This document shows positions 11,543 through 21,650 of a DNA stretch of 64,000 nt, in pieces (positions within the stretch are counted from its first letter, which is position 1; each line of letters begins with the position of its first letter). Below the pieces are notes generated by a model that made no database searches, was not told where the DNA came from, and worked only from the letters and a program-made list of their open reading frames with translations. The translations under genes were made by a program, and so were the position numbers. The stretch spans positions 124,001 to 188,000 of the IMG/VR virus record IMGVR_UViG_3300045970_000794. One strand, 5' to 3'.

Positions 11543-11926
11543 TTAAATTTTAATTATTATGAAATCTTCAGCACTGAATACATCGTCAGTTATTGTATAA
11601 TCAATGCGCATTATTACTAAATGGTCATTATCAGTAGATTCATCTAGGTTTATTTTATTAATTGTTAATTTTGGTAAGAATCTACTAACAACTGTATTAA
11701 TTTCTTCTTCAATTTGAGAAAATGTATACCCATCTTGAGGCTCAAAGATGAATTTTAAGAGGTTTGTACCAAATTCTGGGTCATATAGCCTTTCACCCTT
11801 TTGAGTTAAAATTAGATGCATTAAATCGGATTTAACCGCATTATTATCAGTAGTGTTTAACTTAACAAAAAACCCATTATCACTATTTTGAAAGGGAAAC
11901 GCAATATTTATATATCTTTTTGCCAT
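11543..11926 (-). CDS. Baseplate wedge subunit, gp25/GPW-like
   Basis: VKSDLMHLILTQKGERLYDPEFGTNL is the gp25 family signature. Confidence 0.88.
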   Translation of the reverse strand: MAKRYINIAFPFQNSDNGFFVKLNTTDNNAVKSDLMHLILTQKGERLYDPEFGTNLLKFIFEPQDGYTFSQIEEEINTVVSRFLPKLTINKINLDESTDNDHLVIMRIDYTITDDVFSAEDFIIIKI

Positions 11927-11988
11927 AATATCTGTTTAATCATAAATATTGTAATAAATAATTTCTAAAACTAAATGGTAATAAAAAA

Positions 11989-12017
11989 CAAAAAAAGCGT
12001 CCCCATTGAGAACGCTT
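11989..12017 (-). terminator. Intrinsic terminator after the nrdJ/endonuclease unit
   Basis: On the minus strand, AAGCGTTCTC-AAT-GGGGACGCTT followed by a T tract. Confidence 0.65.
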
Positions 12018-12043
12018 CTTTAATTTTAATATTAAAATGCTTA

Positions 12044-12601
12044 TTATAAAACTAAAGCTTTTTTAACTACCAATTCACATAATTGAATAAAATATTTTTC
12101 AGAATAATTTCTCTTCATCATATTAATATCTTTATGAGTCCATTGGATGTTATTTAAAATATAACCTTTTGATGAATCAATCCTGTCTAATGATGCTGTA
12201 ATATTACCACCAAATGTTGTTATATCTAATCCAGTTAAAGCACATTTTCGGTCTTGTTTAATAAATAAATTATGTAATTCTTCTATTGTAATATCAAACT
12301 CAAGTTTTCTTTTAATAGCAGTGCGTTTAATTTTACTATAAATTTTCCCTGGTATTTCACCATACCCTTCCCATGCTGGATTATCCTCTCTTTTCATTGA
12401 ATTACCACACTCTAAACATCGTGTAGATGTTCCTTTAACTAAAGTATAACAAGAAACCAAATTAAACTTACCACACTCACACTTACAATTAACTTTCGCT
12501 TCATGCTCAATTATTATATTTTCAGAAACTATTTCATATTTCCCAAATTTATCACCAATTTTAAAGTAATTTAAATACTTTGATTTACCTAATTTCCCCA
12601 T
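12044..12601 (-). mobile_element. Free-standing HNH (His-Me finger)-like homing endonuclease
   Basis: N-terminal CKCECG...CLECG motif and C-terminal SLDRIDSSKGYILNNIQWTHKDIN. Sits directly downstream of the RNR gene, a common homing target. Confidence 0.7.
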
Positions 12602-12677
12602 GATTTTTATTTATTAATAAATATCATATATTTTCGAAAAGTTAATAACGCATAACCCACCATTTGAAAATTAAATA

Positions 12678-14609
12678 TTATTTTTTAATTAATTTTTTCA
12701 TATCAATATCAATTTCACACGCACCTCCGCTACAAGATAATTCACCAGATAAATTCGTATTATCATCAATTTCAATTACTTTAGTTAAATCAACATCAAA
12801 TAAATTTTCCATAAGTTTATTATATTCATCTTTAGTAGAATTAGTAAAGGGGGCTTGAATATAATTTCCACCATCATATGGTAATACTGAAATACCGTTG
12901 AATGTATCTCTATTTAACCACATCCATTCACCGACTTCTGGCCATTCATTTTTAATAACAGTTTTAACACCACTATCATCACGTTTACTGAATTCTTTTT
13001 TAATTGAAATAGTTACCGATACATTATTTGTATTTTGACCATTTCTATGACCACCTCTAACCCAATCTAGGTTAAACTTTTTAACTCTTTCCAGTAATTT
13101 TAGCGGTTTTTCATAACGATAAATCGCATTTTCTGGTGCTTTTTGAGGTGCAATAATCACAGCAGTATCGTGAGGTCTAAAAAATTCATCTTCAACTAAT
13201 GCTGGGTGATTTTGTAATAAATATTGATAAATTGCTTCATTTTTACCAACTCTAACTCTTCTTATATAGTAATCATTATGCCATCCGTGGATACCAGAAG
13301 AAGTTCCAAGGACCAATGAACTACTACCACTAGGTTTAATGGTGGTTGTTCTAGCCGCATGATTAATTCCAATAATATCAGCAACTCTAGCATTTTCAGT
13401 TTTAACAATATTAGAAGATTCAATAAGGTTCAATTTCAATATAGAACCAGATGCAATACCAGTCATTCCAACACCTATCAAAGCATCTTTTTCGGTATTT
13501 CTTTGCCAAATTTCTCTTAAATAGTGAAATTCAGTATAACCAGCTTGTAATGTTCCGATAAATGCGGCTGCTCTAACACGTTTATTTAATTCTTCTTGTG
13601 AATCAACATCCGATACATTAACTTCAACAAGATTACAGAATGTAAATGGTCTTAAACCAATCTCACAACATGGATTACAACCCCAATCTTTATCATTTGA
13701 GAAATATAAACCTGGTTCACCAGACCCACTTTCCTCAATTTTACGCCATAATCCATCAAAATCTTCCTTAGTTACTTTATGTCTTAATAACACAACTGAA
13801 TTATTAGCTCTACCTCTTTGTGGATTTAATTCCCACCAATTACCAAATTTACATGACATCATTTCTTCATCATCAAAACTAAATAATGAAATTAATGCGG
13901 CTCTTCTTATACCACCAGCTAATACTGAGTCGGCAATGTGGCAAATAATATCATGTGTTTCGATTGGTGATAATTTATCACCATCTTTTTTGGAACCCAA
14001 CATTTTTTCAATGTTATGAACACAGTCTTTTAATGGTTGTGGACCTGGTGCTTTACCTCCAGATGTTACTAATAACGCACCTTTTGGTCTAATATCTGAA
14101 TAATCAAATATTGGTGTTGATGTTGAATATCCGAAATATGATTTCATTAATATTTTAATCGCATCAGCCCACCCTTCAATTGAATCGCCGATTAAATATC
14201 TCCTAGTCCTTTCTGGATTTGGCTTTCTAATCTCGGGTAAACATTCAACATGATGTTTTTGCACTGAAATACCTACACCAGTACCACCTAGTAATAAAAA
14301 CATTATTTCTGAGAATACTCTCCAATCATCTACTGGTGCGTATGCGCAATTATATACTCTATTAGGTGAAATTTCAATCGATTTACCAGCAAATTGCATA
14401 CTTCTCATTGAAGGGAGTATTTTTCGCTCGTATACTAATTTATATGCTTCATTTATTTCATCTTTTAATTGCGGAAACTTTTTAATATGCATTTTTTTAT
14501 TCCTATCAACGAGTTCTTCCCAAGTTTCCCTTCTTTTTAATACTGGTAAGTACTTTGCGTACTTCATGTGAACTGTTATGTCTGACAAAATTTTACTTGC
14601 TATGTCCAT
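12678..14609 (-). CDS. nrdJ: Class II (adenosylcobalamin-dependent) ribonucleotide reductase, monomeric RTPR type
   Basis: LPSMRSMQFAG, NCAY, GCNPCCEI (thiyl-radical Cys), TTTIKPSGS and C-terminal CSGGAC. No NrdB partner in the window. Confidence 0.88.
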   Translation of the reverse strand: MDIASKILSDITVHMKYAKYLPVLKRRETWEELVDRNKKMHIKKFPQLKDEINEAYKLVYERKILPSMRSMQFAGKSIEISPNRVYNCAYAPVDDWRVFSEIMFLLLGGTGVGISVQKHHVECLPEIRKPNPERTRRYLIGDSIEGWADAIKILMKSYFGYSTSTPIFDYSDIRPKGALLVTSGGKAPGPQPLKDCVHNIEKMLGSKKDGDKLSPIETHDIICHIADSVLAGGIRRAALISLFSFDDEEMMSCKFGNWWELNPQRGRANNSVVLLRHKVTKEDFDGLWRKIEESGSGEPGLYFSNDKDWGCNPCCEIGLRPFTFCNLVEVNVSDVDSQEELNKRVRAAAFIGTLQAGYTEFHYLREIWQRNTEKDALIGVGMTGIASGSILKLNLIESSNIVKTENARVADIIGINHAARTTTIKPSGSSSLVLGTSSGIHGWHNDYYIRRVRVGKNEAIYQYLLQNHPALVEDEFFRPHDTAVIIAPQKAPENAIYRYEKPLKLLERVKKFNLDWVRGGHRNGQNTNNVSVTISIKKEFSKRDDSGVKTVIKNEWPEVGEWMWLNRDTFNGISVLPYDGGNYIQAPFTNSTKDEYNKLMENLFDVDLTKVIEIDDNTNLSGELSCSGGACEIDIDMKKLIKK

Positions 14610-14660
14610 AAATTCGAACTTATTTTTTTAATTATTATTATTTATTTTAATAAAACACTA

Positions 14661-16082
14661 TTACTCTCTAGGTTTGTTTAAGGTAGAGCCTCGTTTTTTG
14701 TCTAAGGCGAATTTAACAGCTGTTAGATTTTTATCTTCCTTATCTTTTTTAGCCTCTAAAAACGTTTGTCCACCAGCGTTGGTTAAATCGATTACAATTC
14801 TACCGTTATCAAAAATAATATCACTAAATATGATACCATCCTTACCAAATCTGGATTTTAATATGGCCATTGTCGCTGTTCCTAATTCTTTTTGTTCTAA
14901 TGTTTTAGCAACTGATACAACAAAGTGACCAATTTGACCTCTTTTAATAGACCCGCCCATCATCTGTGCTTCAACAACTCCAGCACCTATTGATGACCTA
15001 TTACCTTGTACGGCAGTCCAGCCAGCAATATCAAGCTCTGACAGCATTGTTTCAAATGCTCTCATAACGTTACCTTCACCAGCATTTTGGTCATCAAATT
15101 GTTTTGATGGTTGAACACAATCGATATAATCTAAAAATACAATATCTGGTTTAAATCCTTGAGACGTAAGCTTTCTAATGTATTGTCTAATCATTGGAAT
15201 TGTGGTACCATCGGATGCAAATTTTTTGAGTTTAATAATACCACCCTTGCTTTTTTTATCTTTAACGATTTCTTTTACATCATCTGCATTTTCATTTAAA
15301 TCGTTAATTGTTATTTGGTCAGCTTTAGTACTATTATACCAACATGTGTAATGTTTTCGTTGAATTACTTTAGGGTTATCTTCGAAGAATATTTGAAGTA
15401 CATTATACCCAGCATCTTTAGCGTGATTAGCCATTTTAGTAATCATAGTGGTTTTACCAACACCAAATGGTGCTAAAATAACTCCTAACTCACTTTTTGC
15501 CAATCCACCATCCATGTATTCATCAAGACCACTAATTCCAGTAGGTATTGGCTTACGAAAATCAGCAGCCAATACAGAGTCTGGGTCATCACACACATCA
15601 ATAATATCATCATCACCTTGACCTAATTCTAATGCGCCTTTTATTAACTCTTCACATTCGTAATATCGGTCAACATCACCAGTATTAATGATATCATCAA
15701 TTTTTTTAACTGTTACTTTTAATTGTTGTTGTTTACAAAAATTTAATCCATACTTTTTGATGTATTCACCATCTGGCTTTGATAATATCTCAGGTATATC
15801 AGAATTTAAATATTGATTAATTCGATGTAAACTTGGGCCAGTAACATTGGCCGCAATTCTAATAAGCATTGAATCAACATCTAAAAGTACTTCATCTTTC
15901 TTCCAAGCATCTATAAATTCTTTAACAATTTTTTTTCGCCAAGTCTCTTCAAAATAATCAGTACTTAACAAATCTGAGATTTTATTTGCAAACCTCCTAT
16001 CAGTTAATAAATGTGCTATTAGTTTTTGTTGAAAATCGGTTCCTAAAAACTTGAACGTATCTTTCGTTTCTTTTTTAATCAT
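14661..16082 (-). CDS. Replicative DnaB/gp41-like helicase
   Basis: Walker A APFGVGKT, IVFLDYID, WTAVQGNR and ILKSRFG. Confidence 0.88.
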   Translation of the reverse strand: MIKKETKDTFKFLGTDFQQKLIAHLLTDRRFANKISDLLSTDYFEETWRKKIVKEFIDAWKKDEVLLDVDSMLIRIAANVTGPSLHRINQYLNSDIPEILSKPDGEYIKKYGLNFCKQQQLKVTVKKIDDIINTGDVDRYYECEELIKGALELGQGDDDIIDVCDDPDSVLAADFRKPIPTGISGLDEYMDGGLAKSELGVILAPFGVGKTTMITKMANHAKDAGYNVLQIFFEDNPKVIQRKHYTCWYNSTKADQITINDLNENADDVKEIVKDKKSKGGIIKLKKFASDGTTIPMIRQYIRKLTSQGFKPDIVFLDYIDCVQPSKQFDDQNAGEGNVMRAFETMLSELDIAGWTAVQGNRSSIGAGVVEAQMMGGSIKRGQIGHFVVSVAKTLEQKELGTATMAILKSRFGKDGIIFSDIIFDNGRIVIDLTNAGGQTFLEAKKDKEDKNLTAVKFALDKKRGSTLNKPRE

Positions 16083-16109
16083 ACAACCATAATGTTATTA
16101 TAAATATTA

Positions 16110-16580
16110 TTAGAATTCGAGTTCGCCCCATTGATTAGAATAATTTTTTTGACTTAATCCTTCACGGATTTCACTAATTATTTTAGGGATTATCTCTTTA
16201 ATATCCACTTGATATCTAACTTTTGGTGGATATACATTGCCAGTGAATTTACTTTCAATCACTGATTTTTTATCTACTCGAATTTCGAATCCATAAACGT
16301 CTTCCTTTTCATAAATGTCACCTCTTGGAACTTCTTCTTCGGTTTGTTCTTTATATGGGTTGAAAAATTCCCATAAATAATTAACGGTTTTAGCTTTTAG
16401 GTGTTCCTTAATAATATCCACACAATAGTCGTGAGTATATTTTAAATACAATGATTTAATAGAATTCTCATTGAATCCACGGATGTTGAAATATCTTTGG
16501 CAAATAATGTTACCATTAATGTATAGAAGAAACTCAAATCTTTGTTCTTCAATGCTTTTTTTGAATGTTAAATTTTCCAT
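16110..16580 (-). CDS. Hypothetical protein in the replication module
   Basis: 156-aa ORF between the exonuclease and helicase genes. Confidence 0.55.
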   Translation of the reverse strand: MENLTFKKSIEEQRFEFLLYINGNIICQRYFNIRGFNENSIKSLYLKYTHDYCVDIIKEHLKAKTVNYLWEFFNPYKEQTEEEVPRGDIYEKEDVYGFEIRVDKKSVIESKFTGNVYPPKVRYQVDIKEIIPKIISEIREGLSQKNYSNQWGELEF

Positions 16581-16607
16581 AAAAATTGTTTTTTTTTAGT
16601 TATTATT

Positions 16608-17672
16608 TTAATTTGACTTATTATAAAATTCTTTTTCTCGATTAGTTATTTTTTTAAATGGCAAGAAAAATGATTCCTTATTATATTCACTAATTAAATC
16701 GTTAATCCCATCACGCCTTAAATTAGTGTAAACTCTTATAAACCCATCAACCTTAGGGGTTATCGCATTTTCCATCCAACTATGGAAATCATCTAAAACT
16801 CTCTCATCCATCAGAGGGTTTTTAAGGTCCATTATGATGCGATTGATGTCGTATAGTCTATTGCCTTGACTTCCATCAGTTCGTTGCTCTAAAATGTTTA
16901 AATTGGATTGTAGCGGCTTTTTTCTTTTATCATTATCTTCCCTAGCTTTAATTAATACTTCTTGTAATGTAACTTTTCTATCGGCTATTTCTGGCATTAG
17001 ATTAAGTAATGTTTTTTCACCAACACCTTTAACACCTTTGATTGAATCACTTTTATCACCGCAAATCATTTTAACTAGCAAAGCATTCTCTGAATGATGT
17101 TTGAAATGTTCTCTATAATTTGCTTTTGTTATCATCCGTTTAATATCAATTAAATAAACTCTAACATCATCAGATAATAGTTGACACATATCTCTATCGC
17201 TAGTGAATATAGTTATTTGTTCATCTTCTGGTTTGTTAATGCAATAATATCCTATGAAATCATCACCTTCGATAATATCATCCCAAAATTGTCTAATTGA
17301 TAAGTCGAATAAATATTCTCTAATTAATTCAATTTGTAATAATATATCAGCTTCTGGAATATTACCATTAACATAATCTTTATTTCTATTTGATTTATAC
17401 TCTGGGTATAAAGCATATCTTTTCTGTCCAGATAGTTTACCATCCCAGAAAACATAAACTTTTTTAAATTGACTATTATCAAATAAAAAATTTCTTAAAA
17501 TAAATAGAAATTGATACAATCCACCAACGTGGACTATTTCACCATGCTTTGATTTACTAGTGAAAACATCTTTTGCACCGTGATAGGCTTGCTTAAACAA
17601 AGCATTCCCATCTACGAGCAAAACATTTTTCATTATTTTAACAGTACCAAATTTTGGTGGAAGTCGGTTCAC
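16608..17672 (-). CDS. 5'-3' exonuclease / flap endonuclease (T4 RNase H / PolA N-terminal-like)
   Basis: LLVDGNAL, YPEYKSNR, EGDDFIG, TSDRDMCQL, GDKSDSIKGVKGVGEKT (H3TH). The start may be the ATG at 17633 (MKNVLL). Confidence 0.88.
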   Translation of the reverse strand: MNRLPPKFGTVKIMKNVLLVDGNALFKQAYHGAKDVFTSKSKHGEIVHVGGLYQFLFILRNFLFDNSQFKKVYVFWDGKLSGQKRYALYPEYKSNRNKDYVNGNIPEADILLQIELIREYLFDLSIRQFWDDIIEGDDFIGYYCINKPEDEQITIFTSDRDMCQLLSDDVRVYLIDIKRMITKANYREHFKHHSENALLVKMICGDKSDSIKGVKGVGEKTLLNLMPEIADRKVTLQEVLIKAREDNDKRKKPLQSNLNILEQRTDGSQGNRLYDINRIIMDLKNPLMDERVLDDFHSWMENAITPKVDGFIRVYTNLRRDGINDLISEYNKESFFLPFKKITNREKEFYNKSN

Positions 17673-17702
17673 GACATAATTTTTAAAGGGTTAAACAATA
17701 TA

Positions 17703-18842
17703 TTAACTTACTAAGCTTTCTATGATTTCGTCTTCACTTGGTGCTTCTTCAACTAATACAATCTCAGCATCACCAGATACATTTAATTTCTCTAAGAAAA
17801 ATGCTCTATATTCTTTTAAATAAGCATCTTTTCTTTCTGGGGAAACATAACCATGAACAGTTGAAATCAATTTACCTTCCCAAGTAAGGCCATTAATGTG
17901 GTTTTTCTCTATTTTAACTCTAGATTGAGTACCATAAAAGAATGTATTACCATTACTAGTTGCACTAATATTAGTAGTACCACGAGCTGCAATGCCTCCC
18001 ATATGGAAAACTAAACGAGCTGCATGATAAATAGCATCACCATTTTTATTATCGGTAGATGCTGCACCACCAGATGCGCCTATATTTTTTCTAATTTTTT
18101 GAATTGCTAAGAATGTATTGGTAAATGGTTGACCTTCTTTTTTAGAAGCTGGAATCCTAGAATTCACAATACCCATAAAGCTACGTTCAACAGCTTGTGC
18201 ATCCCATGCGTTGTTATCAGCATCAGACGTAATTCTTTTGTATGATTTAAGGGTTCCAATAGAATCCCACATAAAACATAATTCATAATTTAATTCACCA
18301 TCACGTTGTTTATCTAAACATTCATCAACATAGCGAGCACAATCTTCAATACATGCTTCATAACGCATTTTTTTTGCATCTTTAAACATTTTTCTTTCAA
18401 CGTAATCATACATACCATATAAAGTTGATAATGTATTTGTATTGATATAAATAAAGAATCCTTTATAATCAATAACTTCACCAGTTTCTTCATCAACAAC
18501 ATCTTCGAATACCATACCAATATCTCTAGCATGTTCCCAACTCCAAGCATTTTCAGTGTCAATAATTACTGGTATTATACCAAGTTTTTGACAACCAACG
18601 GCAGCCTCATAAATTGATGTTGATTTACCTGTATCTGAAAAGCCTTTAAATATTGTTACATATCCTTTTGGTATTCCTGGTAATCCAGTTTCTTCTTGGA
18701 AATCTTTACTAAATGGAATCCATTGTAATGGTTTATCTTTAACGCTAATGTTACTTAAACCATTATTCTTTTTAAAATCATCTAAATTAGACTCTGGTAA
18801 AGTAATAGCTTTTTTGGTTGGTGCTTTTCTTTTTATCGGCAT
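17703..18842 (-). CDS. uvsX: RecA/UvsX-like recombinase
   Basis: Walker A GFSDTGKST, IDTENA, WDSIG and KIEKNH. Confidence 0.82.
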   Translation of the reverse strand: MPIKRKAPTKKAITLPESNLDDFKKNNGLSNISVKDKPLQWIPFSKDFQEETGLPGIPKGYVTIFKGFSDTGKSTSIYEAAVGCQKLGIIPVIIDTENAWSWEHARDIGMVFEDVVDEETGEVIDYKGFFIYINTNTLSTLYGMYDYVERKMFKDAKKMRYEACIEDCARYVDECLDKQRDGELNYELCFMWDSIGTLKSYKRITSDADNNAWDAQAVERSFMGIVNSRIPASKKEGQPFTNTFLAIQKIRKNIGASGGAASTDNKNGDAIYHAARLVFHMGGIAARGTTNISATSNGNTFFYGTQSRVKIEKNHINGLTWEGKLISTVHGYVSPERKDAYLKEYRAFFLEKLNVSGDAEIVLVEEAPSEDEIIESLVS

Positions 18843-18886
18843 AAAAATAAAATATTAATTTTTTGTTATCTTTTGAAAGGCATTAA

Positions 18887-18917
18887 AATGAAAATGGGCG
18901 TTACCGCCCATTTCATT
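18887..18917. terminator. Hairpin/terminator after the SSB gene
   Basis: AAATGGGCG-TTAC-CGCCCATTT perfect 9-bp stem (18892-18913). Confidence 0.6.
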
Positions 18918-18929
18918 CAATGGTTGTGA

Positions 18930-19892
18930 CTAAAATGGTAAGTCATCAGTTTCTTCTTCAGTTGCATTTACTTCAACAACAGCTGGTTTCTTTTTAGCCG
19001 CTGGTGCTTTAGTAGTTTTAACTGTAGTTTCAGCAACTGTTGTTTCAACAGCTGGTGCTTCAACGTCTTTTTCACCACCAATAGTCAATGTGTTTTCTAA
19101 ATCAGAAGCTTCAGATTCAGCTAATTCTAATTTATCAACCCATTTGTTTTTTGTTTTGTCCCATACAGGTTCTGCACCTCTAACAACAAGTTCAAGATAA
19201 TCATAAGTTCTGATGCTATAAACATCTTCCCATGTACGAGTATCATTCAACCATTCAGCTGATAATTCTTTATCTTCTGAAATTGGAGCTGGGTCAGCAT
19301 CAACAATAGACTTGATAATTGTAGCATTGTTTTGGTTTTTACCCATATCAATGATAAGGTCACGTCCACTTTCAGCGTCAACGATGTTACCCTTTGCGCC
19401 TCTAGTTTTAATAATACCAATGATTTTGTCAAAGATACCTTCACCTCTATAATCATGGTTAAATCTCCAGAATTTTACACCTTCATCTTCCGCATCACGG
19501 TCAATTACTTTTACAACATATGCTTTACGAGCACCATAATCTTTAGCAAGTGTCTTATCTGATTCAACGCCAGTAGCTAATAAAGCTTCTCTTGCTTCAC
19601 AAAATGGACAATCTTTGTCAAAATTATGATTCAAACATACGAATTTTTTCCATTCACCTTTGATTTGTAATTTGTGAATATAAACTTCTTTAAATGGAGT
19701 TCCACCTTGGCTATCTGGTAGAATACGAACGTGTTTACTTCCGTTTTTTTCTTTATCACCAAGTCTTGGTGTAAAATAATTTTTTAAATCGTAAGATTTT
19801 TTTGTAGTACTTTTACTTTGTTGATTGTTGTTGTACTGGTTCAAAATTGCATTTACTGCGTCTAATTCTTGGTTCTGTTTTTCTGTACTCAT
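18930..19892 (-). CDS. Single-stranded DNA-binding protein, gp32-like
   Basis: VRILP, CxNHxxxxxCPFC zinc motif, YVVKVIDR, GRDLII and an acidic tail ending DDLPF. Confidence 0.8.
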   Translation of the reverse strand: MSTEKQNQELDAVNAILNQYNNNQQSKSTTKKSYDLKNYFTPRLGDKEKNGSKHVRILPDSQGGTPFKEVYIHKLQIKGEWKKFVCLNHNFDKDCPFCEAREALLATGVESDKTLAKDYGARKAYVVKVIDRDAEDEGVKFWRFNHDYRGEGIFDKIIGIIKTRGAKGNIVDAESGRDLIIDMGKNQNNATIIKSIVDADPAPISEDKELSAEWLNDTRTWEDVYSIRTYDYLELVVRGAEPVWDKTKNKWVDKLELAESEASDLENTLTIGGEKDVEAPAVETTVAETTVKTTKAPAAKKKPAVVEVNATEEETDDLPF

Positions 19893-20095
19893 TTTTTTTT
19901 CGTTTTTTTTAGTTTTTGTTATTAGGTCATTTATTTGTTCAAATAATTATAATTAATATAATAATATTCTGTAAAAAGTAAACAATTATAATTAATTATT
20001 TTCATCCGATTGAAACAAAAATACATCCTTTTTCATCATATGTCCACTAATTTTAAATAAAAATTCAAAATATTTTTTAATCAACTGATTTTAAA

Positions 20096-20127
20096 TAAAA
20101 AAGGGAACTACCATGAATTCCCTTTTT
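20096..20127. terminator. Bidirectional-looking intrinsic terminator
   Basis: A tract, AAGGGAA-N10-TTCCCTT, T tract, just downstream of 20150..20938. Confidence 0.55.
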
Positions 20128-20149
20128 ATACGTAATTTATTTTTGTGCG

Positions 20150-20938
20150 TTACACATCTTCTTCTTCATATTCATCAAAAGTTTTTTTAACAGTGCCATG
20201 GCTATAATCAGAGCCAACATCGTCTTGTGTTAAAACATATTCCTTTTCTTTTTCTTCATTTGGGTTTATTGCTCCTAATCCCCTACCAGTATCATAATTT
20301 CCATCTTTTTCAGCCCAAAAATCAGTCAATTTTAAGTTATATGGGTATGAATCTAATGAGCGCATTTCTAGTTTCTCAACAGGTGTTGGATTTCTCTTTT
20401 CAATTTCAACTTCTAAATCTTCAATCTTTTTAGTTATAACATCCATTTTACTTAATTGACCTGTTAATTGACTAAATTGATTTAATAATTCTTCCATTTT
20501 TTGTCCATTCATCTGAGCCATTTGTTTAGCTTCTTCAGTTCCTTGAACTAATTGTGTTACATCAACATCAACTTCATCTTCAGCTGGTGCTTCAACTGGG
20601 GGTACATCCATATCAATTTCTTCACCACCATTTTCATCACCAAATCCAGTCATTTCAGTATCATCAGTAGCACCATCAGCACCACTAACATCTACATCAA
20701 TATCTTCAGCGTTAGCATCTTCTGGAGCGTCTTGATTAGCTTCATCACCAATTGGTGGCTCACCATTAACATCGGCTTCTTGGTCAGTCTCTGGGTCAGC
20801 TTGTAGAATTAATCCTTTACCATCATCATTTTGACCTAGAACGTCAATATCATCGTCTTCGTCAACATAAAAAGAGTATTCTAATAACTGTTTATGTCTT
20901 TTTAGCTCTTCAGCTAATAATTTCTTATTAATATCCAT
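20150..20938 (-). CDS. Highly acidic hypothetical protein with a coiled coil (possible internal head/scaffold protein)
   Basis: D/E-rich low-complexity middle, coiled coil (EELLNQFSQLTGQLSKMDVITKKIEDLEVEIEKRN), N-terminal LLAEELKRHKQLLEY. Confidence 0.45.
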   Translation of the reverse strand: MDINKKLLAEELKRHKQLLEYSFYVDEDDDIDVLGQNDDGKGLILQADPETDQEADVNGEPPIGDEANQDAPEDANAEDIDVDVSGADGATDDTEMTGFGDENGGEEIDMDVPPVEAPAEDEVDVDVTQLVQGTEEAKQMAQMNGQKMEELLNQFSQLTGQLSKMDVITKKIEDLEVEIEKRNPTPVEKLEMRSLDSYPYNLKLTDFWAEKDGNYDTGRGLGAINPNEEKEKEYVLTQDDVGSDYSHGTVKKTFDEYEEEDV

Positions 20939-20951
20939 TTTAAATAATTAT

Positions 20952-21140
20952 TTAAACAAGTAATTGTCTACCATCCTCAACGATGATTTGTTTATTTATA
21001 CGAACTCGTTCAATTAAACCATCTTTTGATTTAACTTTACATTCTGAACCACTACACACTTCTTCTGGGTTAGTTTGTTCAGTTTGACCTAGAAAACTAT
21101 CTAAACCATTTTGCAATTCTTTATCTTCAATATTTTCCAT
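20952..21140 (-). CDS. Small hypothetical protein
   Basis: 62 aa, ATG start, preceded by the ATATTTAT motif. Confidence 0.5.
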   Translation of the reverse strand: MENIEDKELQNGLDSFLGQTEQTNPEEVCSGSECKVKSKDGLIERVRINKQIIVEDGRQLLV

Positions 21141-21190
21141 AAATTTATTGTTTAATATGTTTATTGTTAACTATAAATATACTGAAAGTA

Positions 21191-21592
21191 CTAAAAAATA
21201 CGCTCAATGTTGTAAATAATGAGTTCTTCTTTGTTATTTAATATAATTTTGTTTTGATAATTATCCCAATTTATTTTATGCTCTTTGTAATTTATATTAC
21301 CAAGTTCACCACCACATTCAGATTCTATAAGCTTATTTAATGCATTAATAGTGTAAATTGCATTCCCTTTTTTGTGGATTGGGATTGTATTTGGGAAGTT
21401 GTTATTTAAATCAATTTTCTTACCATCAAGTAATATTAATTTGAATGTAACAATTAATTTAGATTCGTCATCTAAATTTTTGTACACGAATACTTTTTCT
21501 TTATTTACTTTGAATTTAAGATTTAAATAGTTGTAAAACCAGTCTAATCTCTCTGGGAAAATAAATGAAGCCAATAATAAAGTCTTGTCCAT
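21191..21592 (-). CDS. Hypothetical protein
   Basis: 133 aa, preceded by the ATATTTAT motif, TAG stop. Confidence 0.55.
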   Translation of the reverse strand: MDKTLLLASFIFPERLDWFYNYLNLKFKVNKEKVFVYKNLDDESKLIVTFKLILLDGKKIDLNNNFPNTIPIHKKGNAIYTINALNKLIESECGGELGNINYKEHKINWDNYQNKIILNNKEELIIYNIERIF

Positions 21593-21650
21593 TTTTTATT
21601 TTATTATAAATATACTATCCAATCGCACAGTACATCAATAAAGTAAAAAA

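Noticed and set aside
12044-12700. Terminus duplication at the nrdJ-associated endonuclease
   Set aside because: No second copy of the NrdJ C-terminus (GACEI) was found after the nuclease stop; only a terminator follows.
12678-16082. Inteins in the RNR or helicase
   Set aside because: Lengths are normal, and no C/S...HN-C/S/T splice motifs or inserted LAGLIDADG blocks were seen.
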